Assembly (NCBI GenBank): GCA_043228905.1
Contig: JBHGNT010000003.1
Coordinates: 5,828,001 to 5,892,000 of the forward strand
DNA: 64,000 nucleotides
Direction of reading: 5' to 3'
Source of the DNA: Azolla caroliniana
Taxonomy: Eukaryota > Plantae > Polypodiophyta
Part shown: positions 25,421 through 38,512 of the stretch, in pieces
Numbering within the stretch: position 1 is the stretch's first letter
Layout: every line of letters begins with the position of its first letter
The notes under the pieces: model-generated
The model's input: the letters and a program-made list of their open reading frames with translations, nothing else
Databases searched by the model: none
Told to the model about the DNA's origin: nothing
Program-made: the position numbers and the translations under genes

Positions 25421-26450
25421 CCAGCTGAAGTTCATGAAACTATTGCACCATCTAGTCAACACTCCATTCTTTCCGACAAAGGTTTTGTGATTTCGGTGGA
25501 GTTTTGAGTCAAAAAATTAGGACCATAGTTGCCATAGCTCAACTTGATCGTGAGGCAATCAATCCCTATGAATAAGCTTGAGCATCTAGCTCTTGTTAAT
25601 CAATGGAAGATCTCATCCAGTCTAGTGAGCCTTTGATGCAGGTTCATTTCCAGGAAACTTCTTTGCAAAACCTTATTGCTAGTCAACTTCACCATCAACA
25701 ATGAAGACCTAAATTGGTCAATCAAATCTTCAAAATGCACCCCCATTCAATGTCACTGACCCTAATAACCGCCAGTACAATCTATCCATGGTTTGGCATA
25801 GCCAGGGATAGCTTGTTTCTGTAGTGACTTTGTCGACTGTTCCCATATTGACAAATTCTCGTCCAAATAACCTCCATGGTGCCATCCTCATTGCTTGCAC
25901 ACATCAAATTATTGTTTCAAAAGAGGTTTCCTCACATCCTGAGAACCAACCGTCTACCTCTATTCTATCCTCTCCCTCAACAATGGCCGTGATTCAAATA
26001 CCTCAAGACTAAAGAGACATTTCCTGTGAGTTTTGAATTGATTGGGCTTCAGTAGATTTCCTCTCAATAAACAAGCAAAAGCCATAAGGTTCGGAATAAT
26101 CACCAACCTTGACAAACCAAACTCTGCCATCCAAATGGCTATTAGAAATTTGATATCCCTTTGCATATATTGTTGGAGACCATTTTTGACATGAATGATG
26201 TGTATTAATGCTCCCCTTTTAGGCCACAAATGATTGGTCTTTGGTTTTGGGTAAACAAAGTCAAACTTTACTAAAGGAAAGTCAATAGTGTGTTGAGCTT
26301 TGTACGAAGAATTAAGGCTATGGATGTAAACATGTACAGTAGCTCTATAAACATTCATAGAGCTATCAATGTGTAACAAGGTTAAAAATGATCCCTCTGT
26401 TTCTCCCCATGTCATTGCTTATGCATGTAGAACCTCTGTTGTATTGCACA

Positions 26451-26723
26451 GAGAGACGTAATGTTGGAGAGAACCTCTATTGAATTACATGAACACAGGG
26501 ATTGCATAGAGAGACATACTAATGTTGGAGAGAATCTCTATTCAATTACATGAACATAGGGATTGCATAGAGAGATACTAATGTCATAGTTGAATGAACA
26601 AAGCAAAGAATCCTTAGTATCGTTAAGCCAATGAACCTATAGATGGGAGAGATACTAATGTCACAGTTGAATGTACAAAGCAAAGAATCCTTAGTATCGT
26701 TAAGCCAATGAACCTATAGATGG
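26451..26723. repeat. Two adjacent tandem duplications (about 60 bp x2 and 77 bp x2)
   Basis: TAATGTTGGAGAGAA...ATTACATGAACA occurs twice. GAGATACTAATGTCA...GAACCTATAGATGG occurs twice. Confidence 0.85.
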
Positions 26724-27473
26724 AAGAGCAAAATAGAAATGTACTCCCATGTCATTTTGAGTGAACTGATACAAACATAACATATAGTTTGCTCTTTCAT
26801 AAATATGCCCTGCCTTAGTAGCAAGCTGAAGGGGTAACACAATTCTGTATTGTATTTATGTTACATGTGACAATTTCAATGCTGATTCTACTACTTACCA
26901 ATCCAAATTAAATAACACGAGTGTGTGTAAATAACCTCAATTACATTACAAGATGAGAGAATTAATATAAAAAAGACAATTGCTAATTTCTTACAGGATT
27001 GCATAAAACAAATTTTTGATAGCAACAATCTTTTTACTCTTGAATTAACTGAATCAATCACAAAAGATGGTAAATTCTGGCAATCATACCATGCCCCCCC
27101 CCTTCCAACAATTATTACCAATCTTTCTTTCGTCTTACAATACTTCAAACAGTGAGACACCATATACACTCAATCATATGGACCGACCTCTGTATGACCA
27201 AGGGCAAACTTCTGTTTAATCTTTAAGATATGCCCCTGCTTTCAATAAGAAGTATTGTAACCCACATCCCCAACATGGTTCCTCAATCTGTTAAGTTCTT
27301 ATCCTTTGATGATTCCTCACAATTTCTCTTATAAGAAGACTAGCAGCCAAAAGCATGAATTGTTGCATCTTGATGTGCTTTCGGGAGGTGGCCTCTGGAA
27401 TGGCAGAGAAGCAAAAGGGAATCTGGCTAAAGATTCCACACATACTCCAACCTCTCTTTATTTTTTGAGACTT

Positions 27474-29184
27474 TCAAGAGAAGAATGCCCTGGTGATGCG
27501 AGACCCGCGCCTGGCATCAGGGTTTGGGAGATGCACAATTGGTTCATTATCCGCACAATCACTAGTTGATTGTTGCTGGTGTCGGACATGACCACGAAGA
27601 CGTTTCACATCGGCAAGTTTCACAGGTTTGAGAAGGAACTCCTCAGCACCTTCAGCTAGACATCTATACATCACACATAGGATGGGGGGGAATCAAGTAA
27701 ATACTTTACTTCATGATATGCATAATCATATAAAAGTTTAAGTTCCTTCTGTAAGGAGTGGGATGCAATTCCTGCTCTCACCTGTTGATGCGGTGTGGCA
27801 CATTTTCAGAAGACATGACAACGACAGGTATCTCCTTCAATGCCGAAGACTCCTAAAGATTCGGCCAAAGTTTAGGGTTTAGAATCTGTATGTATGTATG
27901 TATGTATGTATGTATGCACACATGCATTCATACAAGCATTTAAACTATAGTCACATTTCATAACATGCTTAGAACCAGTAAAACAAAAGCTCATAATATC
28001 TTACTTTGATTGCCTTGAGAAGATCATATCCTGACATTCCAGGCATGCAATAATCAGTGATTATCAGATTAATCTCGTCCTCCTCCTGATGATGAGAGCA
28101 AGTATTAAAAAAACAATAAAAATTGGATCTTTTAGAACCAAAGGAAAACAACAAAACCTTTTTTAAACACAGCATGTGGTCACTAGAACAGATGCATACA
28201 AACTAAAAAGAGGAAGAACCCAGAAGGAAATGGACATACATGCAAGGAATCCTCTCCAGCGAGCCCTAATATTTCCAAGGCTCTACGCCCACTGTCGACA
28301 GTAGTCACTGTAAGTTCAAAGTCCATGGCATCAGCAGTTAATCAGGTGACAGGTCATATAAAAATCAACAGTGTACATGACTTAAGATGTATGAGAATGA
28401 AAATAAGGGTGTACATGTATGCATATGTGCAAGCATGGTTTTAATGTGCCAATGTGTATGAGCATACAGGTGTAGATTCATGTGCAGATTTGAGACAATT
28501 GCAGGGTATTGAGACAGGGACGAGTTAGAATATAATGGATGAATGAATTTGAAAGTCCATGGGAGACAGGGAGGTTCCAATTGGATGGAGATGGGGAGGA
28601 TAAATGGAGAAACAGTATCCCGAAATCCCCACAATTAGGATTTCCTCTGCACCTTGTAACCTTAATTGAGCTTCTCTCTTAACCTAAGGTCATGCTCAGA
28701 CAGGCATAAGGGTTCTTTGATAGGAAAGCAAGGCAGGTCCAATGAAGCTAGGCCTACAAAGGAAATACCAAATCTTCCACTTTTCTCATCCTATTCTTTT
28801 TCATCTTCTTCTTTGATGAATGAAACTACTTCTTAAATGATTTGAGAAAATGGAAGACAACAGAGAAATGGAGTTTTTCTGTTTAATCTGTTATTTTTTA
28901 CCTCTGTAGGAGGAGTGCTTGAGGAGCTTTTCGATGACTTTCCTATCCACGAAGCTATCATCTACGGCAAGCACATGGACAGCCTCTAGCGCTGACCTTC
29001 TTTCTCCAGCGTCTTCCTCACAACCCAGAGGAATTGATCCAATGCGATGGCTAGAGCTTGACCCGATGCAATGGCTATGGCTATGGCAATTACTGCTACT
29101 GATGCTGTTGCTGTTGCTGCTACTACCACCACCGCTACTGCTGCTATTACTATTATACTCATGAATGTACCTTGAAGACGCCAT
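27474..29184 (-). CDS. RRA: Type-A cytokinin response regulator (receiver domain only). Exons 29184-28902, 28307-28240, 28085-28005, 27852-27782, 27663-27474; 230 aa
   Basis: [84 protein letters not shown]. The D-D-K triad is intact and the introns are GT-AG. Confidence 0.95.
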
Positions 29185-29399
29185 AGCTAGACGGGTGGAT
29201 TGGATTGATGAATGAATAGATAGGTAGAGATAGGTAGAAGACGACGATTAACAGAGAAGAGGGGGAAGGGGGAAGGGTATGCAAATTCTTCTGCCTGAAT
29301 ATGGCATCCACAGATGAAGAAGAAGATGAAGCAGAAGAAGATGAAGATGAAGATGAAGGCTATGGCGATGAAGAGGTAAAACGCTATGGCGGATTTATT

Positions 29400-29461
29400 C
29401 ACATATATATACACAGTTTTGATTTTCTGAGCCGCTCATATGAACAGAGAGAGACTCATAT

Positions 29462-29512
<51 letters not shown>

Positions 29513-29600
29513 CTGGCCCTTTCTCGACCGGCTGTAGCCGGTCTCGCGGCTCTGATTCCCGGTCACCAGATCTTTCTTGTAGGTCCCACAAAATCTTTTT
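29400..29600 (-). promoter_or_regulatory. Putative proximal promoter of the type-A RR: TATA-like run, (TC)n tract and type-B RR binding motifs
   Basis: TATATATA near 29404-29411, (GA)n at 29464-29510, AGATCT at 29568-29573, and AAGATTTT on the minus strand at 29590-29597 matching the AAGAT(T/C)TT cytokinin response motif. Confidence 0.55.
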
Positions 29601-31310
29601 TGCCTTCCGCTTTTCTTCTTCCTTAAATTTTTGTTTTTGTTTTTCCTCTTCCTTTTATTTTTAATTTCTATTATTTAAGAAAAAAACATTTATTTCGAAT
29701 TTGTTTTGCTTTTATTTATTTATTTATTTCGAATTTGTCCATTTGCATTTGTATTTATCTGCCAAATTCTATTTTACTTATTTATTTATTCCGAATATGT
29801 TTCTCTGTGTTCCAATTATTCTTCTTCTTCTTCTTCTTCTTCTTTTCTCCTTTTTATTTTATTTATTTTTCCTTTGCACTCGCCGCCAAAAAACAGCGTT
29901 TATATTTTTTTTCCCTATATTTATTTTATTTTGAATTTTAACGCCAGAATTAAAAACAAACAAGTAAACAATAACGAATTTTGTTGCTTTATTTACTTAA
30001 TTTTGTTTTTTTTTAATTCCTTTTTATTAATTGCATCATGCATATGCCATAAAAAAATCACACACTTTTTGTGGATAATATATATGCGAAGAATCTAAAA
30101 TTTGCTCCTCTTTCTATCTATTATTTAACGGCTAAATTTGTTGGGTTTTTATTTTTCTCCTCTATCTCTCTCTCACAAACACACTCTCAGTCTCAATTTT
30201 GAACTAAAATTCTGAATTTAACTATTTAATTAATTAGACATAGTTAAAATAAATAGAGGAAATCTCGCATTCTAGATGGATGGTTAGATTTCCTATGGGG
30301 TGGTGGTGGAGGTATTGGTTGTTTTTAGACAAGTTTCTTGTGGTCTCCTCTTTCTTTCTCCTTGTGTGTGTCTGTGTGTTATTCACAACTAAAACCTCTT
30401 CATTCACACCCTGACCTGACACCTATCACCACCCTCAACTTTAGGCTCGCCCAAATTCGGGCCCTCAACCGCCCGCATTATCATTCGACCAAGATGACAT
30501 AAGTCCCTCAACACTCCAGCCGGGTGCTTACACTTCCCTTCCAATGTGTGTTCGCCCGTTCGTTTACCTGATTTCCAAACAGTTTATGGAACTTCTCCCA
30601 TTTATACATTGTCTTGCCATCCGTTCGAAAACATCGTGAACATTTGATGCTTACTACCTTGGTTCGTTTGCCACCTTAGATGGTTCAAGCACTTACTTCT
30701 CATTTATATTTTGTAACCACCTGTTTTCATGACATTGTTGACGCTCTACAATGTTCCATCCAACTGTGTTCCTAACATTACAATGTTCTAACACATACCT
30801 CCCATTTACATTTTGTAACCATCCTTTTTCGACAACATCATGAAAACTTTGCATTTTGCACATAGGATAACAAGAGCAATTGGCAGAGAGAGAAAGACAA
30901 AGATATATTGTCCTTAGGATCGTGTAGTTTCTTCGGAGTTGATTAATGAATGATGTTCAAGATTTTACTATGAAATGTTGCAATTGTAAGTACAATTTGT
31001 GTATGTTCTGTTGTCTGCGAGTGTGAGAGAGATTGATTTATGAAATAAGAGACATCTGATATGTTACACCTTGCTCATGGGCCTCATGACATTGAGCTTA
31101 TATAATGAAACCTAACGGAAAAAATGCCGCAAGATTTATACATTTGAGCCTAACAGCATGCAAGGAATGGTTATGCATATTCTAGGGTACTTGGAGGACG
31201 CATTGTCAACCACCACATTGATGGTACAAAAGTCTAACTTACACAGTACATCACAAATGACCAAATTTTTATAAACTAGGTGAATCGTGGATATAGCCTC
31301 ATATGGTCGT

Positions 31311-31355
<45 letters not shown>

Positions 31356-34300
31356 TCTATACTATGTTGTGTGCATATACATCCTTTCTTTGTGGCCTAC
31401 CAACTTTTCAACTACACATGACAATGAATTATATTCGGTTTTTCCCAAGCTTATCAATGCACCCTCGCACCTCACAATAAAATGATTTCATGTACACTTT
31501 CAATTTTCGAAATTGCAAGGCCACCAATTCTACTACTCGCTTATGTAGTTTCTCTCTCAAGTAGGTTGCTCTCTTTTACAAAACAAGATAGTGTTGAGTT
31601 TGCTTACATATTTGTGTACACGATTGAGCTTTCAACATAAAATGTAGTTAATGCTTTCAAGTGTTTCTTGGTAGTACATTCTATCTTTCCTTTATCGTAA
31701 AAGTCATTCAATGTTTGTCATTAAATTTTCGTGGCAACAGTAGTAGTGGTGGTGGTGGTGGTGGTGTAGTCTTTTTCTTCTCTAACAACAATGTCTAGTT
31801 GTTAGTCACGCACAATGCATGGCTATGTGTTCTTTATTTTTACTTTTACAAATAACATGTTACTCTCCTTGTGAAAGTTTGTGGTTCTAATAATGGAATG
31901 TATTATATATATATATATGTATGTGTGTGTATGTCACACTACTCTCGAGGATTATCACGTAGATGTGATACTAATGAACGTATAACCTTGAGATATTTAA
32001 TTAATGCAAAGGTTTGCTTCTCAAAAAATTGGATGGTATCAAAAAGATTTGTCAATCTCTCCTAAGTCTCACAACTTCCTTTTTCCTATTTCGCAAATCT
32101 CTATAAAGGAATCCAACTCACCTCAATCAACTTTAAACCGCCATGTGACTGTTGGCAAGGATAAGCTCCTCGCACACTAAAAGGTTTTGTCGTATAAACA
32201 TGTTGACATTAAGATAAGATTGTTAGACAAAACGGGAATAATGAAAGTTTCGGGGCATTTTCATCGTTTGGTATGCTTTTTATTTCCATTGAGTACGCAA
32301 TCGCGCGGGTCCTAAAGAACAGAGAAAGTCGTGAATTAAATACAAACATCCAACCCTAGGTACCTTAAGAAGATATGTTTTGAATCATTTAGTTAATCAA
32401 TGCTTTGTTGTTCGAGAAACAATGAAACTTTTGTAGATTGTCTAAATCTAGCGAACATATTAAAATTAAGTGTGAATATGTCCAATTATGCACACACTTT
32501 TTTTGTTTGTTTATAGCGATAAGCATTATGTCATGCAATTATTAGTCTCTTTCCAACTACATGGAATGGAGACATTAAATAAGATAACTCTTAACGTTAC
32601 ATATGATACAAAGAGCATATGTTTGTTTTGTTTCTATTGATTCTTGAATCCCTTCAACAAAGGGGAAGCTATTAACAAGTTCATGATGTGTTGACTAGAA
32701 GACACTACATCAATGACCTCCCATCCCCGACCTCCTCTAATAAAAAAAAATCTATAAGTGAACGTCGTAAACACTTTAACGGCTCTTTACAAATTTTTTT
32801 AATTCCAGAAACTCTCATTTCAAGAGATCGTTACTTTTTTGCCCTAGTTTCCAATCTCATTTTGTGTTAAGTCTGATAAAATTTATGAAAGTGACAAGCA
32901 GCAAAAATTGTTATCAAATTCTAATAAATACCATTGGTTTGTTGCAATGAGTATTTGTTCCACATACCCTTTGCATATACCTTCAAATAAATTAAAGCAA
33001 CCGCCGTTTTCTTTTAGTTTGAATTGAGCTATTCATAAACAGGTATATCCATCCCTCACAATTAATGCTCATGTGCTTGAAACACAAGAAAGATCCAAGC
33101 TTTGGATGATTTGAAGCTCATCAAAATAATGCTAGATTCACACTATATCGGTGTTGATATGATTGCTGATTCAAAAAAGACTCACATTTCGAGAATTACA
33201 CTCAAATGAGGCAAACAAAGGCGACCTTTATTTCTAACCCACCCTTTTATGCCTATGAGGGAATATCAAAACAACCCTATGAGGTGGAGCATCACTTTTT
33301 GTTTTCATTGATTACTTTTGTAGATCAGGGAGATATATCATATGATACACGAGAAAGATATATATATATAGATCGATAGATAGTATGTCATTGCTTGTTG
33401 GAGGTGCGTGTGAAAAATTAATCAGCAAGAAGATAACATTGCACTTTCTTTATTTTCAATTATTAGGTGGGAGAAGAGTCAGAAAAGACTTCGTTGAAAA
33501 CTTGCGCCTTTTTCCCTCTAATGTCACGTGAATCCAACTTAGATATGGACATGGATCAATGTCAATGAATTGCACCAAATCTTCTAACATGTTATTATGG
33601 CCTATGTGCTTGAACATCTTAGGTGTTTTATTGTAGCGTTTGTGTGTTTTTTGTGAATTATCCACAATGCACGTGATATCACCAACAAACATTATACATA
33701 GACACTTAGTCTAGGAGAGTATGCCATATTAGCTAAAGCCTCACATGAATTAGGTACGTAAGTTTGATGTCCAAAGATATGTGCCAAACAATGCAATTTT
33801 TTGTGTTACGTGATTTTTTTTTCATAAAATGTCACTTCAGAATATGTTTATGTGTAACTAAGTATACCATTAAAAAATTACGAGGACTAGCATGTGGATT
33901 TTCTCGAGCCATCTCATTGCCAAGCGTATCAAGATATAGAATATCAAGTCCCTTGACATTTACATAGCGTATAAAATCTATTTCCTCGCATCCCAACAAA
34001 ACTACAAATAACATGCATTATTTGTACCGTAACTCACATCAAGGTCATATACAATCTCTAGAACTTGCACACTTTCAAGCATGCATTCCAAATTCTTAAG
34101 CCTATCTCTTAGATTTGATGGCGTTGTCTTTGTTCTTATCAACTCTTTCCTTTAAAAACGTGATGTGCTCACTTGCCTTTAGAGTAAACTACATTTTTTT
34201 TGTGTTTTAAACATTTTACTACATTAGAAAAGGTTAGAAGTTTGCAAGGGTCCACAATTAAATAGCTTAGTTGATGAACGATCAGTAGCCAAGTGCCATT

Positions 34301-35856
34301 CCTTTGACGACGATATTATTGATCCAAACTAATGACCCAGATCTTGGAAAGGGATGATTGAAAGTCTAATTGGTGAGAAACTTTTTCATTACCTTCAAGT
34401 AAGATCTAATAATCTAATATCATGATGACATCAATACAAAATATAATCCAACAAATGCTTATTCACATTTTCTTTTCTCACTTTCCAACACATTTTTGTA
34501 TCCATTAATGGGAGATAGATAAATCGATAGGCTATTATCATGATAGATCTCTCTATCTCTCTTAGATTATATGTGAAATACTCGTAATCTCTTATGGTTT
34601 ATGGCAAGTCAATTCCATTGAGTTTCAAATGTAGATATTTACTAAGCAATACTTCATACTAAAATAGTTTTTGCCTAGAAATTTTATACTCAAATTTGTG
34701 TTTCGCTTTTTTTTTGGAGATATTTATGACAATATTCCTACTTATTTGTGCAATGGCATTTCTAGGGGCCATTTAATGTTTTGAAAAGGTATCTCTAAGA
34801 CACATAATAGAAGAATATCTAAAAATCATTACATAGATACTCGAAAGAAAAAGGCAAAAATCCTTATCTTCTCAATGAAAGATAACTACACCGTTTTGTA
34901 CCACTACCCCTTGGGGTGTGCCCATAAATCTACCAAATATTTTGTCATTAATACTTTTGTGTCATGCGTGTGTAGGTTTACGTCATCAAAAGATCACATG
35001 TCATATCTTGAAGCTATCCTTCCATTATGTTTAATCCTTAAGTGTTAGATCTTACTCTCATTTGCACATTTAATTCCGTGGTTTTAAGTCATCAAAGCCC
35101 ATGTGAGTTCCTAAAGAGTTATAAAAGCCAATGTGAAGTTCATGAGTTCTATTCGACATATAAGACAACAATGATGTCTGCTATAAAGAAAATACTTCTC
35201 AACCTTCAAATTGTTTGTTGCACATTTAATTTCTTGATTTCTCTTCATAAGACCCCATGTGACTTTGTAAAGGAATGTAAAAAGCAATGTGACTTTTGAA
35301 GAATTTGGTTTTGTGGAGAGTGGTAGTGTATCATTGGCCCTTGTGGCAATATTGTTGCATGACTCGTAGGACGTTTAGGATATGACCTCTAGATATCATT
35401 ATCCCACTCTAGAAATTGGTAATAGCTTTACCGATTGAGTTGTACACGTTTTTCTTAATACAAGATAACCTTGAACAAAATAAATTCCAAAATCATATAA
35501 TGTTATTCCATTTATCATACTTAAAGATTCAATCATTCATCACGTTTATCATACAAGAAGCAAAACTTCCAATATATCTTTCCAAAGACTATGTGGATAC
35601 CCCCATTGATAGGTTCTTCAAGTCTATTTGTTCGTAAATTGCATGGAAGAGGGGTACAATTCATGAAATATACAATACAAAACTTAGTACATGGATTAAA
35701 GTAGACATAGAAAGCAATGACAACTTTAGTTACAAGTTATAGAAGTCAATTGTTACGTGAAAATTAGTGAATGCATAAATAATGTTAGTGAATACATGGC
35801 TGATATTAATAGCATATTGTTGAAGTGCAATTGCAAAACAGAAATGATAAAATGGG

Positions 35857-38512
35857 GACATTGGAATGAGTGCCTTTTATAGAGGTGCATCCAACCAGGT
35901 GTTAATGGCTGGAAGTATGGGGAAGAGCTTTAAGATGTTACGTTCGGTACGCGAAGGATGCCTATTGTCCCCGTACTTATACATCATTGGGGCAGAAGCT
36001 TTGCATTATCAAATTGCTGATAGATCTTGGCAAATACAAGGCCTTACCTTGCCTGATGATGAAGGTATGGTGCTTGATACGGCATATGCTGATGACACAA
36101 TGACATATGTCAAAGGTGATGCACACAATTTGGGTAGATTGCAAAATGCAATTGATGAGTTTTGTAGGGGATCGGATGCTAAAATAAATTGGAATAAATC
36201 TGTGGGCATTTGGATCAGTAATAAGCCCATGTTAAATTGGGTCCCTGACCCCAATTTTAGATGGTTGAGGAAAGGAGAAGCTACTACTACATACTTGGGC
36301 TTCAAAATTGGTATGGACATCGATCGATAGAACATTACAATCTACTAGTGGACAAAATAAAAGCAAAGTTAATATGGTGGAATGCAAGAAAACTATCCTC
36401 TGCAGGCAAGATTGTGATTGCAAATCAGATTCTAATGGCCACTATTTGGCATACTGCTGCATGCTGGATAATCGTGCCCAAGTCGATGAAATTGATAAAA
36501 AGGATTATCAGAAATTTCTTATGGGGGGGCACGGAGGAAAAACAGGCCTATGCAAAGGTTGCTTGGACCACGCTTATAAAAAGGAAAAGTGAAGGGGGGG
36601 GGGGGGGGGGGTGGGATTGATAGATCTCGTGGTGCAAACGAAGGCCTTGCTAGGCCAACTAGTGGTCAGGAGCCTACAACCTCTTGAGGCACTTGGAAAG
36701 TTGTATGGCGACGTAGATAGAAGATGTGGTTGCCGAGACAAGGTGGACGCTGGCCAAGCAACCCATTTTGGGGCTTTGTGCCAGAAATGAGATCCAAATA
36801 TTGGGGAAGTATGTAGAGTCGTTGTGCTATTGGAATTATGAAAGCATGGCAAGAAATCAGAAAGGGGATCACATGTAGGTGGAGAAATGATCCATATGTG
36901 CGGATGTACATGCCAATGGTATGGAACCCATTGATTAGAGATATGGATGGGCTGATGATAGGCCAAAAAGCAGGTTTCAAATGGGCTGAGTTAATCAATG
37001 CCCAAGGGAATGCATTAGTGGAGTGGGAGAGGTTTTTGTCCAATGAGGTGGCACTCAAAAGGCTAAAATATGGAGAATAAGCAAGTGTAAAGGCATGCTC
37101 AAGAGAATTACAGATGCCATTGCATGCTACAGGAATACCATGGAAGAGGAAGAAGTAACAACCTTTGAAATTGCGTGGACGAAACTTGTAGATGCCAAGA
37201 ACTGTTTAATTGGCATTAAGGGAATGAAAGTAGAATCAAATGAGGTATTCTACTATAAACTAGAGCATGGAATGGTAAGAGTTGAGTAACCAGCCTTTCA
37301 AATAGAAAGGCCGATTAGGCTAATCGCAAAAAATGGCAAGAATATGATTATTGACCCTAAACCAATGGAGATCACACCGACGACAATGTGTTGGCCTATT
37401 TAAGGGCATTTGGATCAGTTATAATGGGACCCAACGATGTATTGTTGGAGAACTCAAGGACGAATTGATGGGAAAAAGTTGGTTCAATTTTTTAGGTATA
37501 ACATGAAGATTGGGAGGCAAATTATTCTAGAACAAGAACATGACAAGATTGCAGCAAGGAAATTTTGGATACAGGAGGGCATTAGTGAAATGAGACTAGA
37601 TAAATTCTAGAAAATGATATGGCATGACAGATATGACTACAAGATAATGATGTGTTTATGGCTTATTGCACATAGAGCCTTGCCGGTAGGGACGTGGGTG
37701 GGGTAAAGGCCCCGATGTAGACCCTAGATGCATTGCCTGTGGACAGATAGAAAGCATTTCCCATTGTCTATGGGAATGTCGCGAGGCAGTGGCTGTATGG
37801 GGAAGGGCACTACGCTTGCTTTGCCATGCCTCTAGTTCGTTCACCCTCAATTGGGGACATGCTTGCTAGATTTGTCTTGAGGATGATGTGGCGAAATACG
37901 ATGGCACATGCGATGCTAAGTAGAGAGGGGAGTATGGAATTGTGCGGCTGATCACTGACAACAGGGTACCTACAACTTGTGCACAAAATAAAAAACTTGG
38001 AGATTTTTGGATGTTGCTTGCCCCCATTACTATATGGTATATATGGACAACAAGGTGTACCAGGGTATTTTCAGCACACAAACGCCCCCCTGCTAAATCG
38101 ATTAAGCTAATCTGGCACACATTAATAACTACACTAAGAGCTCAATATGAGCGGATTGATGGTACTAATGATGTTGTAGAATTAATGAGGCTGAATTTTC
38201 GAAAGCGATGGTGTACTACACCGATGGCCGCAACAAATGGAATGGATATACTATGGAAGTATGAAGTACCCAAATGGTTGTTCCCCCCTCCCATTAGATG
38301 AATGAGGGGCGTGAAAGACATGGCATGTGGGATAGGGAATGTAGGTGATGTGCATGAAAGGATGGCTAGAGCCATATGTGAAAGTGTAAGATAAATAAGC
38401 AAGATCTCTTGTGTAGGATAGGATAGTCTGGCTCTGGCTCGGCCTTCTTGAGAAAGGGATCGAGTTTTATGTATATTTTAACTAAAGGAGTATATTCTTT
38501 TTTGGAAAAAAA
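35857..38512 (+). mobile_element. 5'-truncated L1-clade LINE (ORF2 RT + zf-RVT remnant) with poly(A) and 17-bp TSD
   Basis: RSVREGCLLSPYLY, YADD, YLG, WGG...AKVAW and CIACGQIESISHCLWEC. TSD AGAAATGATAAAATGGG at 35840-35856 and 38513-38529, with an A-tail before the second copy. Frameshifts and stops. Confidence 0.92.

Noticed and set aside
25650-26420. 151-aa minus-strand ORF as a gene
   Set aside because: Only a faint LINE RT-like patch (LVKFDF) and no coherent domain. Probably retroelement debris.
29187-30098. Acidic, (ER)n and Phe/Leu-rich ORFs
   Set aside because: Translations of (GAAGAT)n, (GA)n and T-rich promoter sequence.
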